Positions 34,988 to 47,841 are shown, numbered from the stretch's first letter. The stretch: DNA of 64,000 nucleotides from Anthoceros angustus (GCA_010909165.1 MU008162.1:1736001-1800000); one strand, 5' to 3'. Numbers and translations are program-made. The notes: a model not told the origin generated them from the sequence alone.

Positions 34988-36408
34988 ATGAGTGCAGCCG
35001 TGTGCCTGGTCTTGCCGCAGCAGCAGCAGCAGCCGCAGCAGGTCATGCTTCTGAACAGCTATGGCGGGGGGGAGCAGGGTTCGGAGGACAGCCTGGAGGA
35101 CTCGCAGGCGCTCCTGCCTCAGGACAAGAAGAGTTTGAGCAGCATGCTGGCGCAGCGGGCCATGCATGAGCGCAGGCTGAAGCCGCCCGACCACATCATT
35201 CCGTGCCCGCGCTGTCAATCCATCAACACCAAGTTTTGCTACTACAATAATTACAGCCTGACGCAGCCGCGCCACTTCTGCAAGAATTGTCGCCGCTACT
35301 GGACGGCGGGGGGGACGCTGCGGAACGTGCCGGTGGGAGGAGGGTGCCGGAAGAACAAGCGGGTGAAGAGGAACAACGCCGACTCCTCCAATGCCTCGTC
35401 GGTGGATTCGTCCGTGTGCGGATTCAGGAGCGAGGCCGGCAATGGCGGCTCCCCGGCGGCCGTGCATCAGTCTTTCCTGCAGGCAGCTGCGGGCGGCTCC
35501 TCCAGCTCTAGCTTCTTCGACGCCCCGCAGTTCGACGAGGCTACCAAGGCGGCCATAGCCCGGGCTCAGCAGGTTATCCGAGCCGGGCCCTCGGGGGTTG
35601 GCCACAGCAGCCATGAATCCTCCCCGGGCTCCGACGGGCCGGGCCCTGGCCCGGGCCCGGGCCCCCTCAACTCCTCCCTCACCACTCAGACCTTTGATTC
35701 GGGCATCATGGCGCAGGGCTTCTTCGGATCTGCGGCCAAGCATGAGGGTGGTGGCCCGCTGAGCAACGGCGATTTGAGCTCCATCTTCGAGGCTCACGCT
35801 TTCAGGGCGGCTGCGGCGGGCGGCCAGCCACTGAGCGACGGATTGAACGGCTATTCGCACCACGTTTCAGATGTGGATGCGTATGGAGGCGGGGACACCA
35901 TGTGGAGACGGACGGGCACCACAGTCACTGGCGGGTGCAGCACAAGATGGCCGCCGAGATGTGGGCCGAGGAGGATCACCAGCATCAGCATCAGCATGCG
36001 CAGGAGCGAGAGGAGACGGTGCAAATGCCGCGCGCCTCGGATCACCACCGGAAGGCTTCGCTTTCGGCCGCCCACGGCCATGCCGAGAGCTTGAGACATG
36101 CGCTCAAGGGGAAATCTTCTCTGTGTTTGTCCCCTTCCAGCGGGCTGGACGAGGAAGGGAGCAGCCCCTGCAGCTCCGTGTGGGCGCCGGCCAATCCCAA
36201 TTTGAATCCTTACGAGTCGACCCAAGACCCGGGATTCAACTGGCCGGGCTCTTGGACCACTCCGCTGGATCTGATGCCGCCCTCGGCCGTTCAATTCGGG
36301 ATGCGATCCGAGCATCTTTTTGATCTCCCCAAGAGCAATCTGGTGAATCCCGTTACTGTGGGCTTCGGGCTGGATGAATTCCACAGTGCTGACAGGAAAT
36401 TGGCCTGA
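34988..36408 (+). CDS. Dof (C2C2) zinc-finger transcription factor; apparent 1-nt frameshift near 35891-35894
   Basis: [53 protein letters not shown]. The C-terminus continues most plausibly in ORF 35902-36408. The start may be 35045 if 34988 is intronic. Confidence 0.92.
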
Positions 36409-39400
36409 TGCCCCTCTCCTCAGGAAGCGGCATCAACATGATTGGCAGACGCGGTCCTCTGAAGGCAAGGAGGGAGTTGCGCACTCTTACCTTTGCCTTG
36501 CAGGTGCTGCTGTGCCAAGTATATTACTTTCTCTCCCTCGGTATACATCTCTGTTTACAATTTGGGCGAAGCGAACTGAAGCGGCTGGATTGAACGTGAT
36601 CATTGATGCTCTTGCGGAAGTTGCGACGCCCTTAACCGATTCTTACCTGCAACAGCAGCTCCTCCATTCTATCTCCCGGCTTGGCCAGGAACCCAGTAGC
36701 GTAAGACCTTTCTCTCTTGGAATACAGACATGACGGTGCCCAAGATTCATCACCAACTAGCTCCTCTCAGCAGGATTGGGCGGTCGTCCCCGGGCCCCTC
36801 CCAGGATGGGCAAGCAAGTAATGTTGTGCTTGGTTGAACAACACAGGTTTCCCTCTTGCAGGTTCTCGTGCAGCTACTTCTGGCTGATACAACACTGGTG
36901 TGTGTAAATAACGTTGGAATTGTTCTGATTGGGCCAAGAGGTTACACCATGGAGGGAGCTGTTGCTGATGGTATTATCTATATACGTCTTCAAGTGAGCT
37001 GGCCTCCTCCTGCGCTGAAGTCTTTCCATGTGTAAAGAGACGAAGCCTGTGGCACCTTCTTCATCGACCTGTATATACGACTCACCATCCAAGCATGTAC
37101 CCATGTACCCACCGCTTGCTGGTCGGTCAGTAGGTCCAATCCCCTATTAATCTCTCTAGTCGACTCCTAGTACAACATAGCCAAACGTAGCCTGCTAGCT
37201 TTAGCTTTTTTGCTAGTTTCTTACCGTCTATGGTCAGGTTGAGCAGAAAGAGAATCGCAGGCCTTCCGAAGGCCGTGCAGATGAGATCGCAGCAGCCCAT
37301 TCAAACTCCTCAATTTGTTGAGGAGATGGAATTGTAACTTGGCATCCAATGTTTGTTGCCCAGCTATTCAGTCCTCCCAGCTTTCATGTGTGTGCAATGA
37401 ATGTGTGTTTCCCCTTGGATCCATCTCTGTTTCCATCCAACGCTGGCGACGGTGTTGCCACTTTCCGTCTTTCCGTGCCTCGTTTTGTGCAGCGCGCGGG
37501 GATGTACCTAGCTGCCAACTTGTGTCTTCTCCAGGTCCCATGTGATCCCTTTCGGTCTTTCCGTCCTGGCACTGGGTGAAAGCGTTGCGCGCATCGCAGA
37601 GCAGCAATGCGGTGGACGAACGAGAGACTTTTGGTTGATGCCAAGGCAATGATGATAGATCCATGCAGGGCGGCCTCGGCCTCGGCCTGGGCCTCGACTC
37701 CTCGAGCTTGGATTTGGCCAGTGGCAGTGCCTAGGGAGTGTGAGGCGAGGGGCCTGTCAGTGGAGTCGAGGCCAGCCATTGGCGCTGGTGGGCATTGCAA
37801 TGCATGCAGATGGCATGGCATGGATTTGGGTTTGGTTTCCAAGGTCTTCTGGGGTCTTCTGTGGTCTTCGAAGCTGGTGATCTCGAAGACCGGCTGTCTC
37901 GTTGTCGGGGGAGGCGGGGGCCCGGGCTCCGGTGCCGGCCTGCTTCTCTTCCATCGCGGCCTGGCCTGCGGCCTGCCTTGTAAGGCTGCACTGCACCCTC
38001 TCTGATCTCGGAGGCCATCAACCTTGGTTGGGGACTTTGCTGGGCCAGGGCGCGCGTGAATCTCTAGGAGCGCCCACTGGCACTCGACACTGGCAACTGG
38101 CCAGGGCGCTTGAAACTGCCACTGTTGCAGTTGCGCCAACTATTTATAACACGCCGAAGCACGCGAACACAAGAGAAGAGGCTGGAGCAGGCAGAGCAGA
38201 GGCCAGAGGCCAGAGGCCAGAGGGCTGAGAGGCCATTGAAGCACTCTGCACTGCATCCGTGTTTGACATTGGAATGGGAATGGAATGAGCCAATGATCAG
38301 AGCACGCCACCTCCTGCATGCTCCCACTTTCTCACCTGTGTTGAAACGACAACAGCAACGCGCAACGCACTGCTCTGCCGGCCTGCAATAGCAACGCTCA
38401 TCTTCCGACCTCGCTCGCGCCCGCCCCACCTTTATTTTTAGCCTTCAATCGCTCTATATTTTTAGCCTGCAAATCGCACTATTTTGTTTGTCTTGCCATA
38501 AGAACCTGCGCCCCTTCCCCCCGCGACTCCACGCGACCTGCCGACACAGGCTGTGTGCAACGGGAAAGAAACGTAGTAATCTCGTAATTAGATATGTGGG
38601 GGAGTTTCGAACTCTCGACCTCAGGTTTCTCGAAGCTATGACAGCTACGCGCTAGCCAACTGCGCCTCTACCCCGGAACTGGCAAATCTCTATTAAGTAC
38701 GAATTATTAACTGTGGTTACCTTGGCGCGGGTTCCCAAGTAAAATAACAGGTCACCGACGGTGGGAGCGCGATGGCAGGTGCACAAAAGGATAGAATGGA
38801 AGCTGGAAGCTGGAAGAGGAGCATTTTCCGGTGTCCGGAAGAAACGTAAGGAAGGAAGGAAGGAAGGAAGGAAGCAAGCAAGGGAGGTCATTTGAAAGGC
38901 AGGCCCGCAAAGCGGCTGTATGGCGTCGTCCGCCGCAGGCTGTTTGTGGGTGCACGGCATCTCGGCAGCCACATGGCGCCCCCGGCGGTGGGCCATTTGG
39001 GCGCTTTGTGGGCGTTAGGCCTCGCATGATATTGTGGGCTGGGCATTAGGGTAGCGGGAGAAGGAAGCGGAAGGCATCCTCTGGAAGCAAGTAAACGAGC
39101 AGCAGCAACCACTTCACGTGTGATCTGAGTGACCCTGCCGGTGCTCCTGCTGGCCTGGCCGTGGCCGTGGCCCTGGCAGTGGCACCCAAAATCCAACTGC
39201 TAAGTACAACCTTCCCTCCCTTCTTCCGGGTTCCTCCCCTCCCCACCTCCCCCTCCCTCCCCACACACACACACACACACACACACAGCTGTATGCAACA
39301 TAGTGTCGGCGGTTGCCACAACAGCCACCCAGCACACTTCCTACGTGGGCACTGTGCACCCTCCACTACCACAATTACATCACCATTCCTCACATGTTAG

Positions 39401-41184
39401 TACACACATATGTAATCCTGTGTGCTGCTGCAGTACCGATTGCGGTGCTCAGTTTCAGTTTCACCTCTTTCTACAGCTTCGTTAATGCCCTTTCAAACAC
39501 TAAGCATAGACACAAGAAAGACGATTACGGGAGAAGACGGGCCACTTCATCTCAATGTCCCAACCATAGATGTATGTGTGGGAGTGTGTGTTCGTGTTTG
39601 GGTATCTCCCCGCCTTCTTCGTTTCTCGTTTTAATGCAAAACAGGTGGTGAAATGGGATTGAAGATTCTCGTCGGGAGGGAGGCTGACGGCTGATGAGCG
39701 GCAACAGGGTTACGGAGTAGGTGGGCCATTGCCATCGGGGACATATGAGAGACGTATGTATGGAGAAGCGAGTCTCTCTCGTGTGGGGAGCTCCAACGCT
39801 ACCATACGGAAGGGGACGATGGACGATTGATTCGCGTAACGCGATTTTGATTCGATCGCGAGCTTTGTAAGTCGTACTAATACCACACAAGCATACAGAT
39901 CTACAAACGCATGCTGGGGTGAGGAATCTGGCAAGTGTGCATCATCCCGTTTTCGTGAATAGCAGTGAGCAGCTTGGAGGCACAGCCGGGAAGTGGCACC
40001 AACCTCCACCCACTTTCCGTCCCCGTTCCGTCAGGGCGGGCCACCCAGGTTGACCAGCGTCATTGCAACGCCCACCCAACTCCACGGAGCCCGTTATGGG
40101 ATCTGAGCGCGACCGTTAGGTCGGGATATGCAACCACGGCCGCACATGCAGGGTAGCTTTCCGGTCACGGGATATGGGGCTCTCATTTATGGCGCGCATT
40201 CAATTTTACAATCTCCGGCCACGGAACGGAGCGTGGCCAGTCGGTTGGGCCGGTCGACTTTAGCAACGCGCGCGCAGCCGGACCCGGGATCGACTCCCGT
40301 TCCTGCGGCAAACTTACTCAAGTGCGCGCCGGGCCCTTCGCAAATGATGGAAACCCGGCGGCCCACGCGGGGCTGCATCAATACCAATGGGCGCCCCACG
40401 GGCGGGCCTCCGTGTCCCCATTGCGCTGGGCCCGGGCCCGGGCCCGGGCCTGGGCCCTGAGCCCGCTCGGTCGCACTCGTGCGCCCTCGCCTCATTCCTC
40501 ATTTAATGCGCCTCGGCCCTTCTATTCCCCGGCGCAAGCCCGCATTATTACGGTCCCCGGATAGGCGCACACCGGCCGCACCGCACCCTACCGTGTTGGT
40601 AACCCCCGGGTTAGAATTAAATGGCAGTTAGAATAATGGCAGCGCGGTGCTCGTACCCTGTTGGAAGAGGAGATTTGTGCAGTGCAGTGAGCTGCGCTGC
40701 GCTGCAACAAGAGCCTGCGGGCAGGAGATGACAACGCGGTCGTCAGGTTGATTGGCCGGGGGATGCTCAGGCCCAGTAGAGCCAATATGTATCGGGTGCA
40801 AGTGCAAAATATCCCAGCATCTGGGTGGGTCTGGAACTCTGGATCGATGCTACTTCAGCAATGGTGGATGGGAAAAGGATGAATGAATGTACGCTGCAGT
40901 ACATACCATCAGCTTTTCTCCAGGTGGTCCCAACACTGGCACAAGGAGGAGCAGGGCAGCGCAATCCTAACGACACTAGCGATCCAGGCTCGTCCTTGTC
41001 TGAAGAAGCTGCTCACAAAACACCTCTCTAAACAGTGTCAGTGCCCACAAAAAAATGGGGTCTTAAGCCGTCCTGGTTGGCGGGCCGCGGGGGCAAAGGC
41101 ACACTCGGTACAAGAATGTTCTGGAAGGAGGAATGTTTTCTGGGACTACAGTAGGATGGAGCGGCTCTGTATACATCACCGGCT

Positions 41185-43178
41185 CTAAGAGAGGAGCTTC
41201 ATCACGTTCTCGTATACCAGGAATGTGATGGCTGAAGATGGCACCGTTCGCAGCAGGTGCGGCACCATTCCCTTGTACAGACCTCGGATTCCTTCATACC
41301 TGTTTCGTGCATGCAATTCTTGGGTGAGCAATTCCGGAGGTGCGGCAGGCTTCGGAATTTTCTGGGAAGATGGGATGATCACCTCAGTGTGTCGGTGAAA
41401 GCATGCCAGCTGTGGCTGTACTTGGCTACTCCGTTGATTGGTCGTTGCTGTGCACAACGAGGGGGGTGAGGTGAGTGTCAAAATGGAGAAGATCTGTTAT
41501 GCAGAAGGGTGCGGTACTGTTGGGGAAGCAAGGGATGCAAGCCTGTTTACTGCTGAACAGCAAGAAAGCAAGAGGAGATTTTCACGATCAAGGGTCAGGG
41601 AAATGGCTGTTCTTCACTCACTTGGACTCTTGCGCGAACAACCTGAGAGTCAACAAAAGAACAAGATGATGCTCAGAGGCAGTCCTCGTGTCACATCTGC
41701 AAAGAGCCCTATCTTGAGAACACTACCTGATAGGGATAAGTCAATGAAGAAGCAAAAATCTTGGCAGACGCTCCCAGGATTGCATAGTGCATAGATGTCT
41801 GTCAGAGAATAAATAGGTTGGTCACAGCACTGTCAAGATTAAAAATTCCAGCTCCTGACAAAACACAGACTAGACGAGAGCATACCAAGCTGGAATTTGG
41901 TGAGTCGTGCTGCTTTCCAAGTGCCTTCGCATGAATGTTATGAAGGATCTTCTTGCCCTCCTCATAAGCCATGAATTGGAGGGCTCCATGAGAAACCTTC
42001 ACATTTGGACGGGGGTTGGATGTTAGCATACAATCTATGTAGGCAACTCGACCATCACAGATGAGGAGAACAACTCTGTAGAAAGAACGACTGAATACAC
42101 ACTGACCAGGAGGAGACTTGGACCCAAACCTTTGTACAAGCTATGCCAACCCTCCTCCCTGATGATACTCTTCACAGCATCTGCACAACCACGAGACCAC
42201 TAAAACTTAAACCACAAAGACACAAACGCTCGAAGTTCTCCAATACTGCAACCTGAATCAACCTAACCCCACAGCTATGCAACAAATTTAACCTCGATGC
42301 AGTTGGAATGCCACGTACCTGAGAAGCCTGTGTATCGGCGCTGATCACCATATTCGGGAGCTTGAAGCTGTAGCCGCGTTTTCACTAGCCACACAGGATT
42401 GGTGATAAGAGAAACCTGAGTAGAGGTGAGAGGCAGGAAAAGTTTCTTAAGGCGATGGTACCCTAATGTAACCATGCACTGAGGGGTGCGCTCGTCTCTA
42501 ACACTGCATATTAAAAACAGAAGGCAGCATATAGCTGTTGATGAATTTACCAGGGCACCAGCTTCTGCTGCCGAAAGAAGATGAAGTGCTGGTCCTAACT
42601 CTCCTCCGGTACGTTTCTGGTGCCTTGATTTTGCGGAGTTATACCTGCAAGAGGAAAGAAGATGATCAAATTCACGGCTTCTCGGTGCCGAGCAATAGTT
42701 GCAACCCTAAGGAATCAGAATCTCCAACATCCAAGAAGCCCTTACTGGAAGAAGTACAAGCTCCAGGACAAGCTGGATCCAAGCAGTGCTGGAAACAACC
42801 CGGCGTAGAGTCCTCTAATTCCCTGCAGCAATAAATTGAAGCCCTCAGTAAGTTCTGCAGCAGCAGAATTAGTGACAGATGAACGAAATCCTTGCAAATT
42901 CGCTGCCTTACCTCCGTCCCAGCAATTTTGTGGACAGCATGAACGGTACCCTTGTAATTGGGGAAGGAGTGATGGCGCCCATCATGAACTGCACACGCTA
43001 GTCAGTTCAAGAGGGGAACACAAACAAACTTGTCGTGTCCGCTGCTTGCACAAGACCCGAGGAGATCGATGAAGCACCTTGAAAACGAGTCCTCACAATA
43101 TCAAGAGGATGCAGGGCAACAACGGTAGCAGATCCTGCAACGGCTCCAGCGGTCGCGCTCTTCCACTGACCCTGCCAT
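41185..43178 (-). CDS. FOLT1: Mitochondrial carrier family folate/FAD transporter (FOLT1/SLC25A32-like); multi-exon
   Basis: QWKSATAGAVAGSATVVALHPLDIVRTRFQ, LITNPVWLVKTRLQLQ, VSHGALQFMAYEE and EGIRGLYKGMVPHLLRTVPSSAITFLVYENV. Start codon frame is problematic. Confidence 0.88.
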
Positions 43179-43580
43179 ATCAGACCTACATGAGGGACGG
43201 GATCAGCAACATCAGGACAGGATGAAATTAATAAAGCTTACATTCGTCTGACGTTGGAGCATTGAGCTGAAATTGGTGTCACAGCAGATGCCAGTCTGAT
43301 GAGAGAAAAGAGCGATTACAAAATCTCACGGCTACATCTGCGCCTGGATTCTGCAGGAGCTGAATTGCCCCCAACAGCAGAAACCCGCAACTGCTACTTA
43401 ACGTGCTGACGCGGAAGAAAGCTTTCTGGCAGCGGGACGTGGTCAGCTGGACGGATTTTGTCCTAACAAGCGCATCTACAGTCGCTTTAAGATGTGTTTA
43501 AGCGGCTACCGATATCAATTAGATCAGATATCGAGGAGAGCCACCGAGATCAGCTACGCTATATTTTACAAGCCACCTGC

Positions 43581-46349
43581 TCAGTGGTGATCTCCACAAG
43601 AACAGAACCCATCCTTGAAGTGATGGACACGATGTGCGTCTCTAACTATGATCTCTCGCTGCTCAATCCTTGAGACCATCTTAGTTCCACTATGGCAGTG
43701 ATCACACATTCTGAGATTCTTCGTAACAACAAGAGTTGTACCTTCAGGTGTGTTCAGGAGTCCAAAAGCTAAAGCAAGTTTCTCTGCATGTCCACAGAGA
43801 GGGTCCTCCTCGTTCAGGGCAGAGATGGGCTGTGTCGACAGCATCACATTCCCTACCTCCTCCTCCGTTAGCAGATTCAGACTCCGCAACTTTGCCCCGG
43901 TGTCGTCCCTCAGCTCCCCTACCGAAAATTCGTGCACCTCGTTGTTGACTTCGATTGTGGCCACCGCAAGCTTCTTCTGAAGCCCTGCACTTTCTCGAAG
44001 CCCTGCAATGTGCTGAACATCATCCCACCTGCCCGCATTCTCGTAAATCTGTGACATGACTACATACCAGGAAGCCTCTTGCGCCACTGTTTTCGTGAGA
44101 TGGTCAAAACATCGCCTTCCTAGTTCTACATGAGCATGTGTTTTGCAGGCACTCAGCAAAGCCATCCAACCCACACTGTCTTGATCTATTAGTGGAAGGG
44201 TCTGTAGCATATACTCCGCTTTCTCCAACTGCCCTGCTCGGCCCAGAAGATCGACCATGCTGGTGTAGTGCTCAACACCTGGGGTGATGCCAAAGTCTTC
44301 TACCATTAGTTTGAAGTAACCCAAACCTTTGTCAACCAGCCCGGCATGACTGCATGCAACAAGAAGGCATGTGAAAGTTGCAGCATCCGGCGCAACACCT
44401 CCTCTGTGCATCCTGTCAAAGCACTGGAAGGCCATTGCAGGGTCATTGTGCTGGCCATAACCGTTGATAAGGGCATTCCAAGTCACGACATCCTTTTCCG
44501 ACAAGCTGTCGAAGACAGTGCGGGCATCATCCAGGTTCCCACACTTGGCGTACGTGTCCATCAATGTGCTTGCAACAACCAGGTCTGTCTCTAGTCCTCT
44601 CTCCAATATCTGAGCATGAATCAGCTTGCCCTCCTGTATGGCGCCTTTGCTACCACAGACTTTCAACAAGCTGAGGATAGTAACATTATCAGGGGTCATG
44701 CCTTCCTGTTGCATTCTCATGTAGAGCATCAGGGCTTCCGCAGCAAGCCCATGCTGGGCGTATCCTCCAATCATAGCATTCCAACTCACTAGATTCCTGC
44801 TGAATGCAGTGTCAAACACTGTCCGTGCAAGTTCCAGATTGCTGCATTTTGCATACATGTCTATTAGGCAGCTGCTGATGCACACATCCGCTGCCAGCCC
44901 CAGTTTCACAATCTGATCATGTAGCCACTTGCCCTCCTGTAACGCTCCAAGGTCACCACATACTTTAAGCAAGCTCAAGAATGTCACTCGGTCTGGCAAT
45001 ACGCCAGCCTGTTGCATGCTCCGATACAGTTTAATGGCTTCCTGACCACGTCCAAGCTGTGCGTATCCCCCGATCATGGCATTCCACGCCACCACATCTT
45101 GTCTAAACAATCTGTCGAACACTTCCCTGGCTTCATCCAGGCAGCCACATTTTGCATAAATGTCCACCAGAGCACTTCCTAGAAACGCATCTGACTCGAG
45201 CTGTAGATTCAGAATCTGTGCATGGATCTGCTTCAGCTCATGAATGGCTCCAACACTGGAGCAAGCCTTCAGCATGGCCAGAAATGTGACTCTATCAGGA
45301 ACCAAGCTGCTCAGCTGCATCTTTGTACAGAGTTCAAGGGCTTCCTTCCCAAGCCCCTGCTGAGCATATCCTGCAATCATGGCGTTCCAAGTCACCACAC
45401 TCTTGACTGGCAGTTCATCAAAAACTCTGCGAGCATCTGCTATACTACCACATTTGGCATACATATCCACTAAGCTGCTCCCCACAAGTTTGTGTGTTCC
45501 AAATCCCGCTTCCTTGATATGCACATGAACTTTCTTGCCCTCTTGTAAGGCTCCTACGCTTCCACATGCTTTCAGAACGCCAATAAAAGTCACATGACTG
45601 GGTGGCAATGTGCCCTGCTGCTGCATCTCCAAGTACAATTTCAGGGCTTCATGACCGTGGCCATGCTCAGCATATCCTCCAATCATTGAATTCCAAGTTA
45701 CCGTGTTTCTAGTTGGCAGCCCGTCAAACACCATGCGAGCATCCTCCAGGCTCCTGCACTTCACATACATGTCTACCAGAGTGCTTCCCACAAACACATT
45801 TGAGCCATACCCATTGTTGACCACATCTGCATGAACCGATTTACCAGCAGCCAGATCTGCTGCAAGGCCACAAGCTTTCAGGGCAGCGACAAGTAAGAAA
45901 TCATTTGGTTTCACAACTGTCTGTCTCATTTGCTGATATAGTTTGACAGCCTCCTCTGGTTGGCCATGCTCATAGTGTGCCACAATCATGGAAGTCCAGA
46001 CATACGGGTCCAATGGAGGAAGCTTGTCGAACACACGGTTTGCTTCCCAGAGACTGCCTTGAGATGCATACATGCGGATGATGATATTCCCCAAAAAGGT
46101 GTTCCGCTCATACCCACTTTTAACTGCAAGCGCATGAGCCTGCCTTCCAACTACCAAATCTTTATTTGCAGTGCATCCCTTGAGCAAACAATAAAACATA
46201 TTTCTGGTTAGCATATGGCCTTCCTGGCCCCTGAGATCCAGCAACCGATAGGCCTCATCCAGCTGACCCTCATCACAAAGCTTGGTCCAGGCTTGAAATT
46301 CGGCAGACCCCTCACCCCACGCCACCCTGCATTGTTCGAGGGAAAGCAT
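43581..46349 (-). CDS. PLS-class PPR protein with E domains and DYW:KP-type deaminase domain (candidate U-to-C RNA editing factor); intronless
   Basis: PLS arrays, then KKLAVATIEV (in place of the PG box), CGHAEKLALAFGLLNTP, VTKNLRMCDHCH and HHFKDGFCSCGDHH*. Confidence 0.95.
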   Translation of the reverse strand: MLSLEQCRVAWGEGSAEFQAWTKLCDEGQLDEAYRLLDLRGQEGHMLTRNMFYCLLKGCTANKDLVVGRQAHALAVKSGYERNTFLGNIIIRMYASQGSLWEANRVFDKLPPLDPYVWTSMIVAHYEHGQPEEAVKLYQQMRQTVVKPNDFLLVAALKACGLAADLAAGKSVHADVVNNGYGSNVFVGSTLVDMYVKCRSLEDARMVFDGLPTRNTVTWNSMIGGYAEHGHGHEALKLYLEMQQQGTLPPSHVTFIGVLKACGSVGALQEGKKVHVHIKEAGFGTHKLVGSSLVDMYAKCGSIADARRVFDELPVKSVVTWNAMIAGYAQQGLGKEALELCTKMQLSSLVPDRVTFLAMLKACSSVGAIHELKQIHAQILNLQLESDAFLGSALVDIYAKCGCLDEAREVFDRLFRQDVVAWNAMIGGYAQLGRGQEAIKLYRSMQQAGVLPDRVTFLSLLKVCGDLGALQEGKWLHDQIVKLGLAADVCISSCLIDMYAKCSNLELARTVFDTAFSRNLVSWNAMIGGYAQHGLAAEALMLYMRMQQEGMTPDNVTILSLLKVCGSKGAIQEGKLIHAQILERGLETDLVVASTLMDTYAKCGNLDDARTVFDSLSEKDVVTWNALINGYGQHNDPAMAFQCFDRMHRGGVAPDAATFTCLLVACSHAGLVDKGLGYFKLMVEDFGITPGVEHYTSMVDLLGRAGQLEKAEYMLQTLPLIDQDSVGWMALLSACKTHAHVELGRRCFDHLTKTVAQEASWYVVMSQIYENAGRWDDVQHIAGLRESAGLQKKLAVATIEVNNEVHEFSVGELRDDTGAKLRSLNLLTEEEVGNVMLSTQPISALNEEDPLCGHAEKLALAFGLLNTPEGTTLVVTKNLRMCDHCHSGTKMVSRIEQREIIVRDAHRVHHFKDGFCSCGDHH

Positions 46350-47841
46350 TCACACTGAACCTATCAGACCTTCAAGAGCAGCATTTCAGAAACCAATCGC
46401 CACACAGATGTCAAGACTCTCGACCATCCAAAATAAAAACCACAATACATTACCTTGATTCCTTCACAACGTCTCCACAGCCTACAAACCCAGGTTGGAA
46501 AGTAGCTCCAAGAGGCACTGCCCGTAGCCTCTTCATTTCTCCCTCGATAGGTGCATCCTTGGACCCACTCCCGCCCCTCCATCCCACCCTTAATGTGTTG
46601 TGCACGAAGTCCGGATACTTAGGGCTACTCTGTGGCGAATATTATCACAGTCAGCCACAGGTACAACCTGGAAAAGAAATTCTACCAAGCCTGTCCTACC
46701 AGCAGAGCACACAGCTACCTTGTTCTCCCTGCTAACTTCCACAGTCTCTCCCCAAAATGCTGCTCCTGCCACCAGCTGCGTCAAAATACTACATAATCAA
46801 AACCGCAGCACTCCAATCGTGGGAGCCAGAACCCACCTCTCCTAATTCCCGATGTTGGGCTCTCCAGCGATCCTCGGAGACCTGACAGATGCCTGGACCA
46901 TGCTCCAATCGGGCTCCCAGAATCCGATTTCTTTTGACTCAAGAGCGATAAAATTGGATTCACGGCCAAGTCACCAGTTCTCTTCATCTGCGCTACACGG
47001 GCAATTTTAGAACCCGTACTGCATAGGAGGTCATGTTACCACAATCCAGAATCCAGATCCAACAGTCGGGCCCAGCACCCAGGACGGAATGGAATTTAAA
47101 AGACCAGGATATAAACTCGTGACTGCAGTTAACTGTACCAGTAGAACGCTAAGGGAGGAGCCGCTCTGCTACCTGTGCTGGTCTCTGTTCCGCTCTGCAA
47201 CGGAAGGTTCGCCCTGCTTCGCTGGTCTTTATCGCTCGCTGCCTCCCGTCACGCGGCGAGATCGCCGCCGTGGCACCTCGTATTCGCAGTTTTGTGACGC
47301 CTGGGGGAGTAATTCAGCTTGCTTAGTGGATTTGACAGCGTTTCCTGGCCTGCTCACAGTTCGGCTTAGCTGGGCTGGATTGAGAGCTTTTGTGTGGGTT
47401 TCAACTCCCTGGATCTTCCAGCCCGTCTATTCTTGGGACCTTGCGGGCAGCAGAGGTTTCTGTTGGGGCTGAGTGTGTGTGTAAGACGACGAGCGAAGTG
47501 TCCGAGTTTAATGTGATTGAAGCGTTGTAGAAGCAGGAGGGGCGTGTATCTGACTTGCTGCAGGGAGCGAAATTGTGGATTTCAGGTATCCTGGATTGCA
47601 GGTTGTGGGCAGCTCTCATGGGTTTCTGGCAGTCTCTTGCTGGACCTGTAATTTTGTGATGTGGTCACTAGATTTTGGGTAGAGGAATTTTGGTGGACGT
47701 TGTTACGGTTCTGGTCCATCTGGTCGGTTTCATTGACATGGATTTGTGGTGGACAGCCTGGTTCAGGTTAGCGGTGTGGTGCACGGTGGTGAGGAAACCT
47801 TGTCTTGAGTCTGAAGATACCTCTCGACACATATCACTGCC

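Noticed and set aside
26133-34991. Many long ORFs in the GC-rich region (e.g. 26133-27026, 28204-29133, 29653-30444, 34142-35863)
   Set aside because: Low-complexity translations produced by high GC content, microsatellites or the antisense strand of Dof; no recognisable domains.
38540-38562. Partial match to the miR536 3' half (GCTGTGTGCAAC); similar short matches to miR319 (~29195) and miR1030 (~27258)
   Set aside because: Only about 10-13 nt match and I saw no supporting fold-back precursor.
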